A stretch of DNA of 63,883 bases, filler included, from Globobulimina sp. (Eukaryota): the NCBI GenBank assembly GCA_003354225.1. It is 53 parts of 53 records of this genome, joined end to end, with 100 filler letters (N's around TTAATTAATTAA, not from the genome) between each part and the next. Parts side by side here need not be neighbours in the genome. Positions count along the whole stretch, not along the records: positions 59,160 to 60,265 come from PIVH01023360.1; positions 60,366 to 61,471 come from PIVH01023361.1; positions 61,572 to 62,677 come from PIVH01023362.1; positions 62,778 to 63,883 come from PIVH01023363.1; 49 more parts are not named here. One strand, written 5' to 3'. The notes below the pieces were generated by a model, which saw only the letters and a list, made by a program, of their open reading frames with translations, was not told the DNA's origin and made no database searches. Positions within the stretch are counted from its first letter, which is position 1; every line of letters begins with the position of its first letter. Positions 59,220-63,883 of this stretch are shown here, piece by piece. The translations under genes and the position numbers were made by a program.

Positions 59220-60174
59220 TTAAACTAAACGTGTTGTTAAAATATAAGAAATGGCTTGAAAATAATATAACATTATTTTACTAACCATAATTTCCAATGA
59301 AGTCAAATATTCCTCTCTTGTCAATCCATCATCTTTTCTGCTTTTAATGCAATTACAAATGGTATCACATTTACTGCATTTACAACAAGATTGTGATTCT
59401 TTTCCCGCAGCGGATTTATTCGTTGATATTTTCTTGGATTTAGCAAATAAAATAAACACTGCCCAAAGAAACCCGTATATGATGGGGAGAAATAATCGCG
59501 TTCCATAATTTTGATCACATTTCATACATTTTGTTGAACCAAATACTTCTGAATATCCCAGAATGCATTGCCCACATAAATAAGTATTAAAATCTCTATT
59601 TTCAGCACATAATAAGTCCGAATCATCGATGATATCACATCCAATTTGCGACTGACAACAATAAGCTGCGGGACCTATATATTGTATATTATTATAAATT
59701 AAAATGAAAGAAACCAGTCCGAATATACTGTCACATACATTTACTGCTCAGAATATGCTCTGAACCAAATATATCAACATCAATATCAGTAAACGTATCT
59801 ACAACAATCCAATAATTATAGTCAATAATAATATGATGTGAACCAAAACACTCAATCCCTTCAATTTCATTTTCATTGCAATAAGAACATGGCTCGCTGC
59901 TTGTTATTAAACTGAAATATCCTTTGGAACAAACATCACATTGATTTGCATTGCCAGTCCCACCATAACCAGCGGGACATTGCACGATCTTAATAGTAAT
60001 CAAATCATTTACAAATAATTCGTTATTTTCGACAGTTGCTGCTAATAAATAACTGCTAGTATTATCAAACAAATCCAGTGTTGCTGTAATTAATAATACT
60101 CCGCTCTCACATACTTTGCATATACCGTCAGAACCGATAGTTAATGGAAACTGCGCAAATAATGTTTCATTCAT
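59220..60174 (-). CDS. Cys-rich (GCC2/GCC3-like) multi-pass membrane protein fragment
   Basis: CPAGYG....QCDVCSKGYFS; CA.NR...LCGQC..GYSEVFGSTKC followed by TM segments; intron near 59675-59739. Confidence 0.6.
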
Positions 60175-60365
60175 TGATTTTAAATGTATTGTTATTTCGT
60201 CATTAATTGTATCAATTTATTGTTATATGCATCAAAAATAGAATCGTTAAATTTTAATCGGTCTCNNNNNNNNNNNNNNNNNNNNNNNNNNNNNNNNNNN
60301 NNNNNNNNNTTAATTAATTAANNNNNNNNNNNNNNNNNNNNNNNNNNNNNNNNNNNNNNNNNNNN

Positions 60366-60953
60366 GCAGTACATAATATTTCCAAAATGGAAGGTCATGC
60401 CATGGTTATTTGTGGAGCGACAAATGATTTTTGGATTATGAAAAATTCATGGGGTGATTGGGCAGATAATGGATATTGCAGAATTGCAAAAGATGCTATT
60501 GTGGATTCATTCCTTTATGATATATTTTATCACCAAACTGATTTATCTGAGGCTGATCGGGAGAATTATGCAAAATATAATCGAGAGAAATGTAATGCAG
60601 AATCTATTGCGACTGTAATCCGTGCCGCAGAACGTCGGATTATCGGTAGAAAATCAAAAAAATTTAGTACTTTTAAGTGGGAAATTTTACAAAAAATTAG
60701 GAAAGGACAATCTATGAATGAAATTATGAAATCAGAATGTGGACGGAGAAAATTGCGATTTAGTAAATCAGATGCAAGTATTAAAGGTATTGAAGGATCG
60801 ATTGATGAAAATCGCCCAAGAATTGGTGTGATGGAATTGAGTGAATCCAATTGGTGTAAATTTATTCAAATATTTATAAATGATAATTGTTGCTGTTCAT
60901 TAAAAGGTAATAAAGGGAAAGATAATGAATTTAGTATCAAAACAAAGTGTTAA
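60366..60953 (+). CDS. Papain-family (C1A) cysteine protease C-terminal fragment with extension
   Basis: GHAMVICG....WIMKNSWGDWADNGYCRI. Confidence 0.8.
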   Translation, partial: AVHNISKMEGHAMVICGATNDFWIMKNSWGDWADNGYCRIAKDAIVDSFLYDIFYHQTDLSEADRENYAKYNREKCNAESIATVIRAAERRIIGRKSKKFSTFKWEILQKIRKGQSMNEIMKSECGRRKLRFSKSDASIKGIEGSIDENRPRIGVMELSESNWCKFIQIFINDNCCCSLKGNKGKDNEFSIKTKC

Positions 60954-61352
60954 TGTGATAGTGGCAGAGGTTTATGGATCACAATATAAAATTAAAAATC
61001 CGTGGGGCGATAATTATAAATTAATTGAATTAGACGGAATTTTTGTTGAATTCTATGATGTATTTTTTTATCAACATGAATTAACGAAATGGGATTGGGA
61101 AAATTATCACGTACAAGAAATATATAATAATCTTTCAAAATATCATGAGCTTACATCCAGTAAATATCAAAAATAATTATAACTATTAAATGTAATATAT
61201 TCTAAGTATCAAAGGGAAATTTGTTTTTTATTTTTGTAGAATATATACAGATGTTATAAATAACTCAAATTCAGATTGCAAACTAACTAAATATATTATA
61301 TGTGTTGTAACTTGTAAATGCATTTTTCATATTGTTTGGAGGGCTCTCACAT

Positions 61353-61471
61353 CACTCATTTCAAAGTAAAATAACTAGCTACAATTTGGATATGATATAG
61401 CTGTATGTATTCTAACAACAGATCTGAAACCCATTTTGTGCCATTGTGGATAACAAAAAAGTTATACTCAC
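61353..61471. repeat. 119-bp repeat, copy 2 (identical to 3406-3524)
   Basis: Direct comparison. Confidence 0.95.
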
Positions 61472-61859
61472 NNNNNNNNNNNNNNNNNNNNNNNNNNNNN
61501 NNNNNNNNNNNNNNNTTAATTAATTAANNNNNNNNNNNNNNNNNNNNNNNNNNNNNNNNNNNNNNNNNNNNCGTTGTGCAATACAGCTGATTCTACGATT
61601 GATTATAACAATTTTTTAGACTTAATTATGGACTGTGATGCGACGGATAAATTGATAAATGTGGCGAAGGAATGGAACTTATTTAGATATAATTTGATTG
61701 GAAGTGGAAGAATTGAGGGTTTATTACGCATTTTGTACCGTTATGACGGATGGCCGGAACCCATTTCGTTTGTGGTCAAGGAAATTGAAACAGAGACAAA
61801 AAATGGTATTTCCTTACAGCAAATATTGGATCATGTCCATATAGGATAAAATTTTATCA

Positions 61860-62597
61860 TCAATTAGTCGAGCAGGAACGTTTTCTTTTTGAATCATATT
61901 TCGGTTTAAGCCATTGTTCAAGCTCAGATTTGTAAAAATTAATTTTTTCATTCAGAATAATATATTTTTGACGTTTTGGCTTGATGACAGCACCACTGTA
62001 AAGCTGATTTATTCGAGATAAAGTTAAGTTATGTTCTTTTTGGAGATTCGGCAATAATGAGCGAAGAGGCAAATGAGATTTTCCGATTGTTTCATTGAGT
62101 TTATTATGGAATCCTTCTGAGTCATTATTCGTTCTGGCACCGATGTTTTCAAAATGATTCCAACGTTCTAATGGAACACGACTCATCCAATAATCACGAA
62201 AATAACTAACAAAATTGCGACACCATTCTTGTAGTGGGTCTTCTTGCGTTTCAGGAAAAGTGGCTAAATAATCTTCAAAAATCGATTCAACAGCAAAGTC
62301 CGGTACCATACTGAGGGCAACAAATCGACGAATCCATTTATATACTTCACCATCGCGTTCGGCATAGAAGGACTGAAGGTGATGTTTTTTCACATTTCTG
62401 TCTATGGCTTGTGCAAAATGAAAAAGACATCCTTGGACACGAATGCCAAAGATTGATTCAGCCGAACTTATTGCTGCTTCTTCGAAATCCATCATCATAC
62501 ACTCAAGTCTCCATGGTCCAGCTCCGATTTTTTCCCAATAAGCATTTTTCATAGCCGAAAATAATAAATCATATGCAACTCGTGTTCTCTCTTTCAT
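61860..62597 (-). mobile_element. Mutator/MULE transposase, C-terminal catalytic region
   Basis: MMDFEEAAI, GCLFHFAQAIDRNV, FVSYFRDYW, RTNNDSEGFHNKLN. Confidence 0.92.
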
Positions 62598-62862
62598 AAA
62601 TACTGTGTGATCTCATAGGGTAATCGATCATTGTAAAATACTTATTTTGCCGAACCAATTCATTTTTGTGTGTTTTTNNNNNNNNNNNNNNNNNNNNNNN
62701 NNNNNNNNNNNNNNNNNNNNNTTAATTAATTAANNNNNNNNNNNNNNNNNNNNNNNNNNNNNNNNNNNNNNNNNNNNATTATCTCAGGTGAAACTTGTCA
62801 GGGAATATAGTTGAACATTTGAACTTTGCCGCCCGACTTTTGAGGTCGGAATCAGTGAATTG

Positions 62863-63534
62863 TTAACCAATTGATTCTTGTCGGTCGATAGAATAAGATA
62901 CTGGCATGAATTTCTTTTTAGAAACAACAGAATTACAATAATCCATTGTTGAGGATGCATGCCGCCATTCATGGGAATCTTTTTTGGTTCTTTTAAGATG
63001 GGCCTCTGAATATCCTTTGAGTATTTTTGCCTCTCGCTCAGTAGCCCAACAGAGCATTGGCGTATGACCCTCCAACACTATGCATGGTTCTAGTTTTCGA
63101 AGCATCTCAGCTATATTTTCTGTTAAAAAGCATATTGCCCCTGGGCCAGATTTTTGCTCAAGTTCATAAGCCATAACCAAACCTTTTCCGTAGACGCGGG
63201 AATAAGTGAAATTAGGACAGTGTTGGAAAAGCTTATCGGATGGTTCGTGATTTATCCAGTGTATATTCCCCATTGCGAGGGCGCCACGGACGTAGACCAA
63301 CTCAGAATACCAATTCCCATATACAAAATTTATGGCTTGAAGCAACATCCTAACATCTGATTCATCAGCTGAAATTATTAGTGAGTCAGAAAATACGGCA
63401 AACTGAACAGAAGGAGCATTGATCGCAGCCAAACCAATAGCATTAACAAATTCAAGCGCATCTATATCGCTAAAGCGGTTTGACATTACCGCATCTCGTG
63501 TGCCTAAAATGTCAAAGAAGCCCACTATGGTCAT
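62863..63534 (-). CDS. Prokaryotic stand-alone nucleotidyl-cyclase-fold protein
   Basis: FFDILG ... FSDSLII ... VRGALAMG ... YGKGLVMAYELEQ, matching the class III cyclase core layout; intact 223-aa ORF, purine-rich AGAGTG upstream. Confidence 0.6.
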   Translation of the reverse strand: MTIVGFFDILGTRDAVMSNRFSDIDALEFVNAIGLAAINAPSVQFAVFSDSLIISADESDVRMLLQAINFVYGNWYSELVYVRGALAMGNIHWINHEPSDKLFQHCPNFTYSRVYGKGLVMAYELEQKSGPGAICFLTENIAEMLRKLEPCIVLEGHTPMLCWATEREAKILKGYSEAHLKRTKKDSHEWRHASSTMDYCNSVVSKKKFMPVSYSIDRQESIG

Positions 63535-63883
63535 TTAATCACTCTATTGGTTGGTTGCTTGGTTAGACTACATTATTCAACTGCTCGTCACAAACCTTGA
63601 TAAACTTTTTGAATTTTTCACCGAGTTCTTTTTTGTTTTCTATTAAGTCATTCATGTGCGTTCTTTCGGCTTGAGCAATAATCTTACACCAATGAATTGC
63701 ATCACGTGCAGAATTCACTACCTCTGGATATTTATTGTATTTTCCGATTAGATCATCATCATGAATCATCATTTCATTATACTTTTCAGCCTTCATTTCA
63801 TGGGGCTTCCAGTTTGCAGCCCGCTCATAATAACGTCCTACTTCATCTTTAAGATCCTCTATTTCTTGAAGCATCCGTTCTCT

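Overview
This window is not one locus. It is about 53 unrelated contigs of about 1.1 kb (1108 bp falling to 1106 bp, so length-sorted), joined by artificial 100-bp spacers (44 N + TTAATTAATTAA + 44 N). Neighbourhood across spacers therefore means nothing, and ORFs ending in X-runs are truncated. Most contigs are AT-rich eukaryotic genomic DNA in the standard code with short GT-AG introns: MOB1, UTP10/HEATR1, importin-alpha, UBA1 C-terminus, ABCC, GH27, ALDH, phosphagen kinase, DUSP, SET, MYND, SPRY, LRR and others. The style suggests a protist, possibly a foraminiferan or other rhizarian (inference only). Mixed in are bacterial, archaeal and phage-like fragments, and some intra-contig chimeras typical of amplified single-cell or metagenomic libraries. 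Mobile elements include a Ty1/copia fragment, a non-LTR RT, a MULE transposase and MITE-like inverted-repeat elements. The most interesting signal is largely invisible in the ORF track. Two contigs carry Polinton/Maverick (adintovirus-like) genes broken by spliceosomal introns: penton + small basic ORF + spliced major capsid at 13289-14396, and a spliced protein-primed DNA polymerase B at 14894-15604. The polymerase is followed by a dense array of seven GC-rich perfect hairpins. Also notable are two short cloverleaf tRNA-like RNAs with collapsed D-loops and anticodon arms, one directly abutting a HEPN-motif ORF. All family calls come from motif recognition by eye; no database search was run.
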